A DNA stretch of 64,000 bases from an uncultured Gemmatimonadaceae bacterium (lineage in GTDB: Bacteria; Gemmatimonadota; Gemmatimonadetes; Gemmatimonadales; Gemmatimonadaceae), in NCBI GenBank assembly GCA_963817955.1, contig CAWFQK010000004.1, forward strand, positions 352,001 through 416,000. The letters are read 5' to 3'. A model generated the notes under the pieces. It made no database searches. It worked only from the letters and a program-made list of their open reading frames with translations, and was not told the DNA's origin. The position numbers and the translations under genes are program-made. Shown here in pieces: positions 1 through 11,929 of this stretch (position 1 is its first letter; every line of letters starts with the position of its first letter).

Positions 1-925
1 AGGACATGCGCAACATGGGCGGCCTGAGGAAGTACCTGCCGGTCACGTGGGTGCTCATGTGGATCGCGACGCTCGCGATCGCCGGCATTCCGCCGTTCGC
101 CGGCTTCTTCTCGAAGGACGAGATTCTCGGCGCCGTGTTCGCTCGCGCGCAGGGTTCGACGCTCGCCGAGCGCACTCGCTGCTCGGGATCCCCGGCAGCA
201 CGCTGCTGTATCGCGGTGTACGCGCTTCGGGCTCGCCGCGGCCTGCATGACGGCGATCTACATGACGCGCATGATGCTGTACACGTTCCACGGCCCCAAC
301 CGGACCGGCGAGAAGGAGCGCGACCGCACCTGCACGAAGCGCCGTGGATCATGACCGGCCCGCTGCGTCGTGCTCGGCGTGCCTGAGCGGCGCTCGGCGG
401 GTGGCTCAATCTTCCGGAGTTCCTGCCGCTCGGGCCGTCAGGGCGTGGATCGCAAGTGGCTCGAGCCGGTGGTCGGGGAGTCGCACCGCGCGCGTGGTGG
501 CCGGGGCCGCGGAGACGTCGCCGGGCACGGAGACAGGCGCTGGTCGGCATCGCGGTCGCGATCGCCGTCGCGCGGCATCGCCCTCGCGTTCGTACGGCTC
601 AAGCCGGCGCGCGCTCGTGCCGAAAAGGACGCGCCGCCGAGGAACGGGCTTCGAGAAGGTGCTCGAGCACAAGTACTACGTAGACGAGGCGTACGACGCG
701 CGCGATCGTCCAGCCGGTGGTCAACGGACGTCGCGGGTCTGCTCTGGAAGCGGCGTCGACGTCGGGCATCATCGACGGCCTGTTCGGTGAACGGCAGCGC
801 GCTGCTCGCCCGCGTTCGCCGGCTGGATCGGGTCGCAGCTGCAGTCGGGCCAGGTCGGCACCTATGCGTGGGTGCTGGTCGTCGGCGTCATCGCGCTGCT
901 CGGCGCGTTCGCATGCGATCACTAG
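1..925 (+). CDS. nuoL: NADH-quinone oxidoreductase subunit L, 3' part, multiple apparent frameshifts
   Basis: [41 protein letters not shown] and KYYVDEAYD motifs spread over different frames; end approximate. Confidence 0.85.
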
Positions 926-939
926 CGATTCGCCAATAA

Positions 940-2573
940 ATGAACGATTTCCTGACGTCGCTCGGGTACAACGCGCTGGATCCTGCCGGCGCTGCTCCTG
1001 CATCCCGATGGCGGGCGCCGTCGCCGTCTGGCTGCACGGCACGGCTCTCGCGACTGGCGACGCGAAGACGAGGTCGCGAGCGCGGCCGCTCGGCTGCGCG
1101 CGCCTGGTCGCGCTCGTCATCTTCGCCGCCGAGTTCGTCGCTCTCGCTCGGCCTCTGGTGGTGCGTTCGATACGACGTCCACCGGGTGGCAGGCGCTACG
1201 TCGACGCTGCCGTGGATTCCCATCGTGGGGCATGCGCTTCACGCTCGGCATCGACGGCATCGCCGCTGATGCTGATCCTGCTCACGACGTTCATGATGCT
1301 CGCTCGCCGTGCTCGGCGGCTGGACGAGCGTTCGCGCGAGAAGCTGCACAGCTACTACGCGCTGCTGCTGGTGCTCACGACCGGCATGCTCGGCGTGTTC
1401 ATGGCGCTCGACCTCTTCCTGTTCTTCGTGATGTGGGAAGCTGATGCTCGTCCCGATGTACTTCATCATCGGCATCTGGGGCGGACAGCGGCGCATCTAC
1501 GCGAGCCTCAAGTTCTTCATCTACACGATGGTCGGCTCGATGCTCGATGCTGGTCGCGATCCTCTACCTCGGCCTCCACAGCGCGAACCGCCGTGACCGG
1601 GCCATGCCGAGCTTCAGCTACGACTGAGATCTTGCGCGAATGTGCGTGCTGTCGCCCACAGACGGCGATGTGGCTGTTCGCCGCGTTCTTCCTGGCGTTC
1701 GCCGTGAAGGTGCCGATGTGGCCGTTCCACACCTGGCTGCCCGACGCGCACGTCGAGGCGCCGACGGCGGGCTCGGTGGTCCTGGCGGCGATCATGCTCA
1801 AGATGGGAACGTTCGGGTTCCTGCGGCTCGCGGTGCCGCTGTTCCCGTCGGCGGCGACTGAACCCCACGATCCGCTCGATCGATCCTCACGCTGGCAGTG
1901 ATCGGCATCGTCTACGGCGCGCTGGTGGCGCTGGTCCAGCCCGACTTCAAGAAGCTCGTCGCGTACTCGTCGGTGAGCCACCTCGGCTTCGTGATGCTCG
2001 GCATCTTCGCGCTGTCCGTGCAGATCGTGCAGGGCGCGCTGATCGTGATGATCAGCCACGGCGTCTCCACGGGCGCGCTGTTCCTTCTCATCGGCATGAT
2101 CTACGAGCGGCGGCATTCGCGACTCATCGAGGACGTACGGCGGCATCGCGAAGGTCGATGCCGGTGTTCGCCGACGATGCTCACCATCGTCGCGCTGCAG
2201 CTCGCATCGGCGTGCCAGGAACGAACGGCTTCGTCGGCGAGTTCCTCGTGCTGATTGGCTCGTTCCGCACGGAGCCGATCTTCGCGGTGATCGCGACGAC
2301 CGCCGTCATCTTCGCCGCGGCGTACCTGCTGTGGGCGCATGCAGCGCATCATCTGTTCAATCCGCTCGACAAGCCCGAGAACGAGCACGTGCCCGACCTC
2401 AACCGGCGCGAACTGGCGGTCATGCTCATGCCGCTCGTTGCCTCGCGATCATCTGGCTCGGCGTTTATCCGGCGCCGGTGCTCCAACGCATGCAGGGTGC
2501 CGCCGAGAAATTCGTCAGTACGGTGGACGCCCGCCGCAACATGATGCAGGCCGTCGCGGAGGAACAGCGCTGA
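940..2573 (+). CDS. nuoM: NADH-quinone oxidoreductase subunit M, multiple apparent frameshifts
   Basis: [51 protein letters not shown] and [13 protein letters not shown] in successive frames. Confidence 0.9.
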
Positions 2574-4157
2574 TGACCGTTCTCGACGTCAATCTCCCGG
2601 CACAGCTCATCCTGGCCCTCCTGCCCGAGCTGGTGCTCATGGGCGGCGCGATGTTGCTGCTCCTCTGGGCCGCGTGGCGGCCGGAGAGCGATACCCACCA
2701 GCGCGCCGTCGGCATCGCTAGCATCGTTCTGGTCGGCATCACGATCGCTGCTCGTGCCTCAGACTTTGCAGGTCGGTATGAAGCCAGTCCCGGCCCCATC
2801 GCGGTCGACAACTTCCGCTGGTTCATCGATGCCGTCATCCTGATTGGCACGATGTTCACGATCGCGCTGAGCATGGACGACAACATGCGCTCCCGCATTC
2901 GCGCGCCGGAAACGCACGTCCTCATCCTGCTCGCGTCGTCCGGGATGATGCTCCTCGCCGCGGCGCGCGATCTCATGATCGTGTTCCTTGGCATCGAGTT
3001 GATGTCGATCTCGGTCTATGCACTTGCCGGCATGAATCGGCGCAGCGAACGGTCAGCCGAAGGCGCGTTGAAGTACTTCCTCCTCGGTGCGTTCTCCACC
3101 GCATTCCTGCTGTATGGCATCGCCCTCGTCTATGGCGCGACCGGGACGACGAACCTCTCTGTCATCGCCGGCCGTACGCTCGCGTTGGACCTGGCTCACA
3201 GCCCGCTGCTGCTCCTTGGCATTGCGCTGCTGTTGGTCGGGTTCGGCTTCAAGGTTGCTGCGGTACCATTCCACATGTGGGCGCCCGACGTCTATGACGG
3301 CGCGCCGATCGGCGATCACGGCGTACATGGCTGCGACGGTGAAGACGGCCGCATTTGCGGCGTTCATCCGTGTCTGGCTCGAGGCATTCCCATTCAGCTT
3401 CCAGAGCTGGCACGTGGCGCTGAGCGGGCTTGCCATCGCCACGATGGTCTTCGGGAATGCCATCGGGCTGGCGCAGAAGAACCTCAAGCGCATGCTCGCG
3501 TATTCGAGCATCGGCCATGCGGGGTATCTCCTCGTCGCCATCGCCGCCGGCACGTTCCAGGGTTCGTCCGCGATGCTGTTCTACCTCTTCATCTACACGC
3601 TCGCCACGTTTGGCGCCTTTGCGGTGGTCGTGACGCTGACGCGCGAAGGGCAGGGTGCGGTGATGCTGGAAGAGCTCGCTGGGTTGTGGACCGTGCGCCC
3701 ATGGCTCGCCTTGTCGATGGGCATCATCATGCTGGCGCTGCTCGGGTTCCCGATCTTTGGTGGCGCCGGTTTCTTCGCCAAATGGTACGTGCTACAGGCG
3801 GCGCTGCAAGCACCGGTGCGACAAACGATGTTGGCCGTGATACTGGTGTTGACCACCGTGGTGTCAGCGGGCTACTACCTCTACGTGCTCGTCCTCATGT
3901 TCATGCGGCCGCGCGCCGATGGCGCGCCTGTACCGGAACGCGCCGGCGGCCTCACGCGTACGGTACTCGCTATCAGCGTCGGCCTGCTCCTCATCCTCGG
4001 CGTCGTGCCGGAGTACGCAGTGCGGGTGGCTGGCATCGGGCGTCCACGCATGGACATCGAGCCGACCGCAACGCAGCTTCCCCCTCGCATCTCGGTGATT
4101 CCGCCCGATGGCGCGGCGCAGATCTCCGATACGCGAATGGGCGAGCCAAACCGCTAA
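2573..4157 (+). CDS. nuoN: NADH-quinone oxidoreductase subunit N (one frameshift at ~3308)
   Basis: EGALKYFLLG, FKVAAVPFHMWAPDVYDGAP, then KRMLAYSSIGHAGY in the next frame; removing A3308 restores the frame. Confidence 0.92.
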
Positions 4158-4164
4158 AACTCAG

Positions 4165-4194
4165 ACGGGGCCGCACCGCGGCCCCGTTGCCTTT
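4165..4194 (+). terminator. Hairpin, putative intrinsic terminator after nuoN
   Basis: ACGGGGCCGC-acc-GCGGCCCCGT followed by tgccttt. Confidence 0.55.
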
Positions 4195-4206
4195 CACAAG
4201 GGTGCG

Positions 4207-5580
4207 ATGGCGATTGCAGCAGGGATCTTCCGGCAATATGACATTCGAGGAATCGTCGGCGAAGATCTAACTACGGAGGCGGCTCGTGCCGTCGGCGCGG
4301 CGTACGCCGCGAACCTCGCGGAACATGGCATCGCGACCGGCGCGGTGGTGGTGGGACGCGACAACCGGCCGAGCGGGCGTTCGTTACGCGACGCGATGGT
4401 CGACGGCATCACGAACGCAGGGTACGATGTCATCGATATCGGAGAGGTGCCCACGCCGCTCAACTACTGGGCGCTGCATCATCTCCCTGTGGTCGGTGGC
4501 ATTCAGATCACCGGCTCGCACAATCCGCCCGAGTACAACGGTTTCAAGTTGTCGCTCGGTACCGGATCATTGTACGGGGAAGCGATCCAGCACCTCTATG
4601 CGCTCACGCAAGCGCCGGCGCCTCCGGCGGCCGTTGCCGGCACCGTGCGCTACGAGGCCGTGATCGACCGGTACATCTCTGATGTCGTGGACCGCATCGG
4701 TCCGCTCAAACGGACGATCCAAGTCATCTATGATTGCGGCAACGGCGCCGCCGCCCTGGTCGCACCACAACTCTTCAAGCGCCTCGGCGTTCGGGGACGC
4801 GGGCTCTACTGCGAGAGCGACGGTACGTTCCCGAATCATCATCCGGATCCGACAGTCCCTGCGAACCTCGAAGATCTCATCGCGGCGGTGAAGACCGACG
4901 AGGCCGAGATCGGCATCGCATTCGACGGCGACGCCGACCGTATCGGCGTCGTGGACGGGACCGGCCGAATCGTCTGGGGTGACAGAATCCTCATTCTGTA
5001 TGCGCGCGACGTCCTCGAGCGCACGGGACGCGGTCAGCCGATCATCTTCGACGTGAAGTCCTCGCAGGCGGTATCCATGGCCGTCGCCGATGCAGGCGGC
5101 GCGCCGGTCATGTGGAAGACGGGCCACTCGCTGATCAAAGAGAAGATGCGCGAGATGCACGCGCCGGTCGCCGGCGAAATGTCCGGCCACATGTTCTTCA
5201 GCGAAGGATTCTACGGGCACGACGACGCGCTGTACGGCGCCGCACGCCTCTTGCGCATTCTTGCCGATGCCGGCCGCACGGTGGATCAGATGCTCGCCGA
5301 CGTGCCGGACTTCGTGTCGACACCGGAACTCCGCATCGACGTGCCCGAGGAGGTCAAGTTCGACCTCGTCGAGCGCGCTGTGAAGCATTTCCGCGCGCGC
5401 TATGACGTCATTGACGTCGACGGGGTGCGTGTGCTGTTCGGCGACGGCTGGGGACTCATTCGGGCGTCGAACACGCAGCCGGTAATCGTCGCCCGGTACG
5501 AGGCGGCCACACCGGAGCGTCTCGCCGATATCCAAGGGGAAATGGAGGGGTGGCTGCGCGAGCAGGGCGTGCGAGTGTGA
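4207..5580 (+). CDS. Phosphomannomutase/phosphoglucomutase
   Basis: IFRQYDIRG, ITGSHNPPEYNG phosphoserine loop, FDGDADR metal loop, GEMSGH. Confidence 0.95.
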   Translation: MAIAAGIFRQYDIRGIVGEDLTTEAARAVGAAYAANLAEHGIATGAVVVGRDNRPSGRSLRDAMVDGITNAGYDVIDIGEVPTPLNYWALHHLPVVGGIQITGSHNPPEYNGFKLSLGTGSLYGEAIQHLYALTQAPAPPAAVAGTVRYEAVIDRYISDVVDRIGPLKRTIQVIYDCGNGAAALVAPQLFKRLGVRGRGLYCESDGTFPNHHPDPTVPANLEDLIAAVKTDEAEIGIAFDGDADRIGVVDGTGRIVWGDRILILYARDVLERTGRGQPIIFDVKSSQAVSMAVADAGGAPVMWKTGHSLIKEKMREMHAPVAGEMSGHMFFSEGFYGHDDALYGAARLLRILADAGRTVDQMLADVPDFVSTPELRIDVPEEVKFDLVERAVKHFRARYDVIDVDGVRVLFGDGWGLIRASNTQPVIVARYEAATPERLADIQGEMEGWLREQGVRV

Positions 5581-5581
5581 C

Positions 5582-8050
5582 ATGACCAGGCGCCGGTGGC
5601 TCGTGGTCATACTCCTGACCGCCGCAGTCCTGCTGATCGCCGGTCGGTCGGTCGCCGGTATCTATTCCGATTACCTCTGGTACAACTCGCTCGGCGCCAT
5701 CGCCCTCTGGCGCACGCGTTTCATGGCGCTGACGATGCTGCGCACGGGCTCCGCGCTCGCCGCCGCCGTCTTTACCTTCATGAATCTCTACGCGGTGCGG
5801 AGTTCCGTCGTATCACTGGTGTTTCCGCGACGGATCGGCAACATCGAGATCGGCGAGGAAGTCCCGGGCCGGTATCTCATGGCCAGCGTCGTGGCGCTGT
5901 CGATCGTCCTCGGCATTCTGCTCGCCGTGCCGCAGGACGACTGGACGAGCGTCATGCTCGCCCGAACGGGACGGATGTTCAACGAGTCGGATCCATACTT
6001 CGCTGCCGACCTCGGATTCTTTGTCTATTGGTTGCCGTTTGAGAGTTCCCTTTGGATGTGGGCGTTTACCTGCGTCGTCGTCGTGGGCATTGCCGTGCTG
6101 TTGCTCTACGCCCTCACGCCCAGCCTCAAATGGCAACAGGGCAGGCTATATGCGTCGACCTACGTACGCCGCCACGTTACGGTGCTGGTGGGCATCTTGC
6201 TGCTCCTCCTCGCCTGGAGCTTCCGGCTGGACATGTATTCGCTGCTCGTCGACGGCGGGGGCGTCGATGGCACGTTCAGCTACGTTGATCATCATATCGG
6301 CGTCAATGGCGATTTTCTGTTGTCGTTCGCGACGCTCAGCGCGGCACTGATCGTCATCTGGGCTGGATCGGTTGGGCATTTCCGTCTGGCCGGGATCTCC
6401 GTGCTCACAGTGATCGTCGTCTCGCTGGCGGTGCGTGAGATCGCGCCCGTGGTCGCCGAGCATTCCGGTAGTGACGCCGAGCACACGCTGCGCGAACGCC
6501 CGTATTACGCGACACGTGCAGCGTATACGCGCCGTGCGTACGCAGTGGACGCCATTGGGCGCGCCGATGCGTCGATCGCTTATCCGTCGCTCGCCGCGGC
6601 ATTGCCCTGGATCCCAGCGTGGGATCCGCCGGCACTGAGTCGCGTCATCGATGCCGGACGTTCGGGGGAGGACATTGACGTGCGGATCGGCTGGCACGCG
6701 GCGGCGGCGGGCCTCGTGGCTGATGTGGTTGATCCACCGCCGCCGGGCGCGTCGGCGCGCGCGCCGTGGACGGTGGCGCGCATTCTCGCCGCCAGCGCCG
6801 ACGAGCACGGGAATCCGCTGCGGCTGGTCGGCGGAGCCGCGACGACGAGCACGGCCACCGACGATGCCACACTCGAGGCGCCGCTCGTGTATCCCGGCGC
6901 CTCGCGGTTCACGATCATCCCCGATTCACTGAACCATATTGCCGGCACGTCGCTCGAGCCGACACTCACGCGGATCGCCAGCGCCTGGTCACTGCAGAAT
7001 TTCCGGATCTTGTCAACCGAGATGCCCGAGCCGAGGCCGACGATCATCGCATTCCGTGATGTTCGCGATCGCGTCGAGCGACTCATGCCGTTCTTCGTAC
7101 AAGGGCGGCACGTCGAAGCGGTGCTCCCGGGCGACTCATTGTACTGGGTGCTGCATCTGTATACGGCGTCCGATATGTACCCATTGAGTCGACACGCCAT
7201 GCTTGCCGGTGACGAGCGCAGCTATCTCCATCACGCGGCTGTTGCGATCGTGGAGGCGGCCACCGGCGACATCAGTGTGGTGCCCGATTCAGTCCTCGAT
7301 CCGATCGCCGCCACGTGGGTGCGCCGACTGCCCTCGATCTTCGGCACGTGGGCAGCGCTTCCGTCAGGTATTCGCAATCTCATATCGCCCCCGATCGACG
7401 GAGTGTACGCGCAGGCAATCGCCTTCGGGCGCTACGGCAGTCGCACCGAAACCGATCCGGTGCGACATGTCCCGACACTCGACGGCGGCGATACGAGCGT
7501 GACAACCGATTACGTCCCCATGGTCCTCCCAGGCTCACAGGCAACGGCCGTGACCATTCCGCTGGTCGACGACACCGATCGGCTGAGAGGCTTGATCATC
7601 GGGACGGGCGGCGTGAGGTCGGGCACCGCCTGGTATCCGCTCCCGACCCCCGGACCGCGGTGGACCGCCGTGCTCGATCGTCTGCGGTCAGTGGACAGCG
7701 CCGGCAGTACGGTGCGCGAAGGGCCGCTGGCACATGGGCGCGTGCGAGCCGTCGCCGTGCGCGGCGGCATCGCTTTCGTTCAGCCGACGTATCGCTGGCG
7801 TCCCCAGGCCGCGCCGACGTTGAGCCGCGTTGCGACGCTTTCAGGCGACACGGCTCGGTCGGTACCGCCCCCGCTCGGTCCCGTCGACCACACGTCCCCC
7901 TCAACCAAGCCCGGCTCCATCCAGGCGACGCCAATGGCGCTGTATCATGCCATGCGGGATGCGCTGCGACGCGGCGACTGGGCTGCGTTTGGTCGCGCGT
8001 TCGAAGCACTTGGCCACGCCCTCAGCACGAGCCCGGTCCGCTCTCGGTGA
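5582..8050 (+). CDS. UPF0182 family membrane protein (divergent)
   Basis: N-terminal multi-TM region with DPYFAADLGFFVYWLPF, ERPY..TRRAY, RDVRDRVERLMPF, C-terminal GDWAAFG. Confidence 0.75.
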   Translation: MTRRRWLVVILLTAAVLLIAGRSVAGIYSDYLWYNSLGAIALWRTRFMALTMLRTGSALAAAVFTFMNLYAVRSSVVSLVFPRRIGNIEIGEEVPGRYLMASVVALSIVLGILLAVPQDDWTSVMLARTGRMFNESDPYFAADLGFFVYWLPFESSLWMWAFTCVVVVGIAVLLLYALTPSLKWQQGRLYASTYVRRHVTVLVGILLLLLAWSFRLDMYSLLVDGGGVDGTFSYVDHHIGVNGDFLLSFATLSAALIVIWAGSVGHFRLAGISVLTVIVVSLAVREIAPVVAEHSGSDAEHTLRERPYYATRAAYTRRAYAVDAIGRADASIAYPSLAAALPWIPAWDPPALSRVIDAGRSGEDIDVRIGWHAAAAGLVADVVDPPPPGASARAPWTVARILAASADEHGNPLRLVGGAATTSTATDDATLEAPLVYPGASRFTIIPDSLNHIAGTSLEPTLTRIASAWSLQNFRILSTEMPEPRPTIIAFRDVRDRVERLMPFFVQGRHVEAVLPGDSLYWVLHLYTASDMYPLSRHAMLAGDERSYLHHAAVAIVEAATGDISVVPDSVLDPIAATWVRRLPSIFGTWAALPSGIRNLISPPIDGVYAQAIAFGRYGSRTETDPVRHVPTLDGGDTSVTTDYVPMVLPGSQATAVTIPLVDDTDRLRGLIIGTGGVRSGTAWYPLPTPGPRWTAVLDRLRSVDSAGSTVREGPLAHGRVRAVAVRGGIAFVQPTYRWRPQAAPTLSRVATLSGDTARSVPPPLGPVDHTSPSTKPGSIQATPMALYHAMRDALRRGDWAAFGRAFEALGHALSTSPVRSR

Positions 8051-8056
8051 TCTGAT

Positions 8057-9022
8057 ATGACACACGAGCATCACCGCACCGCGGTCATTGCGCTCGGCGG
8101 GAACGCGCTCGCCCCATCGGGCGAGCGGTCGACGATTTACGACCAGTTCCGGCACACTCGTGAAAGCCTTGCTCCCATCGTGCAGCTCGCGCTCAATGGA
8201 TGGAGCGTCTGCGTGGTGCACGGCAACGGCCCGCAGGTCGGCGACGAGTTGGTGCGAAACGAAATCGCCCGCGAGGAAGCCAGTCCATTGCCACTTGGCG
8301 TGCTCGTGGCCGCGACAGCGGGCTGGATTGGGTATATGATTCAGCAGTCGTTGGAGAACGCGCTTTGGCGGGCCGGCAGTCCGCGGAGTGTGGCGACGGT
8401 GATCACGCAGGTGCAGGTCGATCCCGCTGATCCAGCGCTGCGCAATCCAACGAAGTTCATCGGCCGCGGCGTGTCGCCGGAACGCGCGCGTCAACTGATG
8501 GCTGAGGGACACGCAGTAAAGGCCGACGGTCACGGGAAGTTGCGTCGTGTCGTCGGCAGCCCTGCGCCGCAAGGAATTCGTGAACTACCGGTGATCAAGA
8601 TGCTCGTGGAGCAGGGGATGCTCGTCGTCGCCTGCGGCGGTGGTGGCGCGCCCGTCTACATGCATCCGACGCTGGGTTGGGAAGGGGTAGACGCGGTGGT
8701 GGACAAGGATTTGGCCGCCGCCGTGCTAGCACGCGACGTTGGTGCGGAGTTGTTACTAATCCTCACCGACGTGGACGCCGTGTACGCGGACTGGGGGCAG
8801 CCATCGCAACGCGCCCTCCGTAAACTCACGGCAGAGGAAGCCGTACAGATGGACGAAGCAGGGGCATTCGGCGAAGGCAGTATGGCGCCGAAGATTCGTG
8901 CGGCGGTGGATTTCGTCCGCCGCACTGGTGGACGTGCGATCATCACATCGCTGAGCCGAGGACAGGATGCTGTTCGCGGCAAGGCGGGAACGACCATAAC
9001 CGCAACCGCGGAGACCGCGTGA
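8057..9022 (+). CDS. arcC: Carbamate kinase
   Basis: VIALGGNAL, HGNGPQVG, NPTKFIG, VDAVVDKD, GSMAPKI. Confidence 0.93.
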   Translation: MTHEHHRTAVIALGGNALAPSGERSTIYDQFRHTRESLAPIVQLALNGWSVCVVHGNGPQVGDELVRNEIAREEASPLPLGVLVAATAGWIGYMIQQSLENALWRAGSPRSVATVITQVQVDPADPALRNPTKFIGRGVSPERARQLMAEGHAVKADGHGKLRRVVGSPAPQGIRELPVIKMLVEQGMLVVACGGGGAPVYMHPTLGWEGVDAVVDKDLAAAVLARDVGAELLLILTDVDAVYADWGQPSQRALRKLTAEEAVQMDEAGAFGEGSMAPKIRAAVDFVRRTGGRAIITSLSRGQDAVRGKAGTTITATAETA

Positions 9023-10164
9023 ACATTCACGAGTATCAGGCGAAGGAAATTCTTCGGAACGAAGGCGTTCCGATTCCGCCGGGCGAAGTCGCAACGAGGC
9101 CCGACGAGGTGGAGTCGATCGCAAAGCAGTACGGTGGCACCGTGGTGGTGAAGGCCCAGGTGCATGCCGGCGGCCGCGGCAAGGCCGGCGGCGTCAAGCT
9201 GGCCAAGACGCCGGCGGACGCAAAGGAAATCGCGAGCAAGATCCTCGGCATGGAGATCAAGGGTTTGCCGGTGCTCAAGGTGCTCGTCACCCCCGCGGCG
9301 GATATCGCCAAGGAGGCATACGTCGGCATCATTCTCGACCGCGCTTCCAGGAAGCCGGTGTTCATGGTCAGCCCGGCAGGCGGCATCGACATCGAGGAAG
9401 TCGCGGCAAAGACGCCTGAGAAGATCCTCAAGCTGCCCATCGATACTCGGTACGGCCTTCAGGCGTTCCAGGCGAACCGCCTGGGGTTCTTCCTCTTTGA
9501 TGACGTGAAGCAGGTGCGTGCTGCCGCGAAGATCATGCAGCAGCTCTATGCAGCGTTCATGAAGAGCGGCTGCTCGCTGGCCGAGATCAACCCGCTCGTC
9601 ACCACCCCCGCTGGCGATGTCATCGCCCTCGACGCGAAGATGGTGATCGACGACAACGAACTCGATCGGCATCCCGAGATCGCGGCGATGCGCGACGAAA
9701 GCGCCGAAGCACCAAGCGAAGTGCTGGCCCGGAACGCGAACCTCACGTTCATCAAGCTCGACGGCAATGTGGGATGCGTCGTGAACGGTGCTGGTCTCGC
9801 GATGGCGACGATGGACCTCGTGAAGTACTACGGTGGCGATCCGGCAAACTTCCTCGACATCGGCGGGTCGTCGAATCCCGAGAAAGTGGTGAATGCACTC
9901 AAGATCATCACGGCTGACACGAGCGTGAAGGCGATCTTGTTCAATATCTTTGGCGGCATCACGCGCACCGATGACGTGGCGAACGGCATCGTGACGGCCA
10001 CCAAACAGAACCCGCTCAAGGTGCCGATCGTCATTCGGCTCACCGGCACCAACGAAGAGATCGCAATGAAGATTCTGAAGGACAACGGATTCACGGCGTC
10101 GTCGGATATGGACGAAGCGGTGAAGAAAGCGGTCGAACTGGCACACGGAGGGCAGGCCGCATGA
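9019..10164 (+). CDS. sucC: Succinyl-CoA synthetase beta subunit
   Basis: [41 protein letters not shown]. Confidence 0.97.
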   Translation: MNIHEYQAKEILRNEGVPIPPGEVATRPDEVESIAKQYGGTVVVKAQVHAGGRGKAGGVKLAKTPADAKEIASKILGMEIKGLPVLKVLVTPAADIAKEAYVGIILDRASRKPVFMVSPAGGIDIEEVAAKTPEKILKLPIDTRYGLQAFQANRLGFFLFDDVKQVRAAAKIMQQLYAAFMKSGCSLAEINPLVTTPAGDVIALDAKMVIDDNELDRHPEIAAMRDESAEAPSEVLARNANLTFIKLDGNVGCVVNGAGLAMATMDLVKYYGGDPANFLDIGGSSNPEKVVNALKIITADTSVKAILFNIFGGITRTDDVANGIVTATKQNPLKVPIVIRLTGTNEEIAMKILKDNGFTASSDMDEAVKKAVELAHGGQAA

Positions 10165-11030
10165 GCATCTTCATCGATGACAACACCACGGTGATCGTGC
10201 AGGGCATCACCGGACGAGACGGCTCGTTCCACACTAAGCAGATGATGGCGTACGGCACCAGGGTCGTGGCCGGCGTGACGCCAGGGAAAGGCGGCCAGAG
10301 TTTCGAGAGCAGCGTGCCGATCTTCAACACAGTGGCCGACGCGGCCGCCGCGACGGGCGCCAACACGTCCGTCATCTACGTGCCGCCGATGTTCGCCGCC
10401 GACGCGATCATGGAAGCAGTGGACGCGGGCGTGAAGCTGATCGTCGCGATCACCGAAGGCGTGCCGGTGCTCGACATGACGCGGGTCTATCCGTACGTGA
10501 AAGAGCGGGGTGCGCGCCTCCTCGGCCCGAACTGCCCCGGTCTCATCACACCGGGCAAGACGAAGGTGGGCATCATTCCCGGTAACATCTGCATGCCCGG
10601 CAACGTCGGCGTCGTCAGCCGTTCAGGAACGCTCACCTATGAAGTTGTCTATCAGCTGACTCGCGCCGGCCTCGGACAGTCGACGTGCGTCGGCATTGGT
10701 GGCGATCCAATCAACGGCACCAATTTCATCGACTGCCTCGCGGCATTCGAGAAGGACCCCTGCACGAACGCCGTGGCAATGATGGGCGAGATCGGCGGCA
10801 CGGACGAGCAGGAGGCCGCGGAGTTCATCAAGCAGCACATGAAGAAGCCGGTCGTCGGCTTCATTGCAGGCCAGACGGCACCGCCGGGCCGGCGCATGGG
10901 TCATGCAGGCGCGATCATCTCCGGTTCGTCGGGCACGGCAGCCGAGAAGATCCAGGCGTTCCAGGACGCCGGAGTGAGCGTCGCCAAACGCCCGATGGAT
11001 TTCGTCGAGCTGCTGAAGGCCCGGATGTGA
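10161..11030 (+). CDS. sucD: Succinyl-CoA synthetase alpha subunit
   Basis: [28 protein letters not shown] phospho-His motif. Confidence 0.97.
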   Translation: MSIFIDDNTTVIVQGITGRDGSFHTKQMMAYGTRVVAGVTPGKGGQSFESSVPIFNTVADAAAATGANTSVIYVPPMFAADAIMEAVDAGVKLIVAITEGVPVLDMTRVYPYVKERGARLLGPNCPGLITPGKTKVGIIPGNICMPGNVGVVSRSGTLTYEVVYQLTRAGLGQSTCVGIGGDPINGTNFIDCLAAFEKDPCTNAVAMMGEIGGTDEQEAAEFIKQHMKKPVVGFIAGQTAPPGRRMGHAGAIISGSSGTAAEKIQAFQDAGVSVAKRPMDFVELLKARM

Positions 11031-11037
11031 GATTGCG

Positions 11038-11927
11038 GTGCGACTGACGGACTTTCTGGCCCCATCGCGGGTGCTGGTTCCGTTGTCTTGTGAGACGCTC
11101 GACGCAGCGCGCAGCGCGCTGCTCGAGCGCCTCGCTGCATCGGGGGCCATTACTGAACCGGAGCGGCTGCACGGACGCGTGGCCGAGGAGCGTGGCGAGG
11201 ATATGGTCGCCATGGCCGATCGCGCGTTCCTGCTCCATTACCGCACGGATACAGCGTCGGCGCTGCAGGTGGCGCTCGGCGTGGCGCCGGGTGGCGTACG
11301 GCGCACGATCGAAGAAGGGAAGGAGCAACGGGCGCCAGTCGTCGTGATGGTCGTCGGGCCACACCGGTTGGCGGCGCGGCAGCTTCAGGTGGTGCGCGCA
11401 TTCAGTCGTTTATTACCGAAGGAAGAAACGATAGCGGCGATGCTGTCCGCCCCGAGCGCAGAAGCGCTCGTGCGGCTGTCGACATTCGAGGAGCACGAGA
11501 TTCCGGAACAGTTACTCGTCCGCGATCTCATGACGGAGCGGCCTCGAACAACGACCGCGGATGTCCTCCTTCGACGCGCGGCCTACGAGCTGATCCATAC
11601 CGGGCTGGGGGCGCTTCCGGTTGTGGACTCCGACCAGCGACTCCTCGGGATGTTGAGCGAGCGAGAGCTTATGCGTCATCTGCTGGCGACAGAAGTGTTG
11701 GGCGGTGCCTCATCACGACACGCACCCGCGCCGCCATCGCAGGCGGCCAAGACCGTCCGCGACGTGATGACGCGCCAGGTGTTGTGTGTGGCGCCGGAGC
11801 AGCCGGTCGCTGAAGTTGCGGCGTTGATGAGCAACAAGGACGTCGAACGGGTGCCGGTTGTGCGGGGGGAAAGCTCGTTGGCTTTCTCACGCGCGGCGAC
11901 ATCGTTCGCAAACTCATAGGATTTTAG
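11038..11927 (+). CDS. PTS EIIA-like domain fused to a CBS pair; probable 1-nt frameshift in G-run 11864-11869
   Basis: N-terminal MRLTDFLAPSRVLVPL..FLLHYR resembles EIIA(Ntr/Fru). C-terminal VRDLMT..LPVVD..LLGMLSERE and VRDVMT..VPVV are CBS repeats. One extra G gives KLVGFLTRGDIVRKLIGF*. Confidence 0.75.
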
Positions 11928-11929
11928 AA

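Noticed and set aside
11860..11875. Programmed -1 frameshift at GGGGGGAAAG
   Set aside because: The zero-frame phase (GGG GAA AGC) does not fit a canonical X XXY YYZ site; a homopolymer read error is simpler
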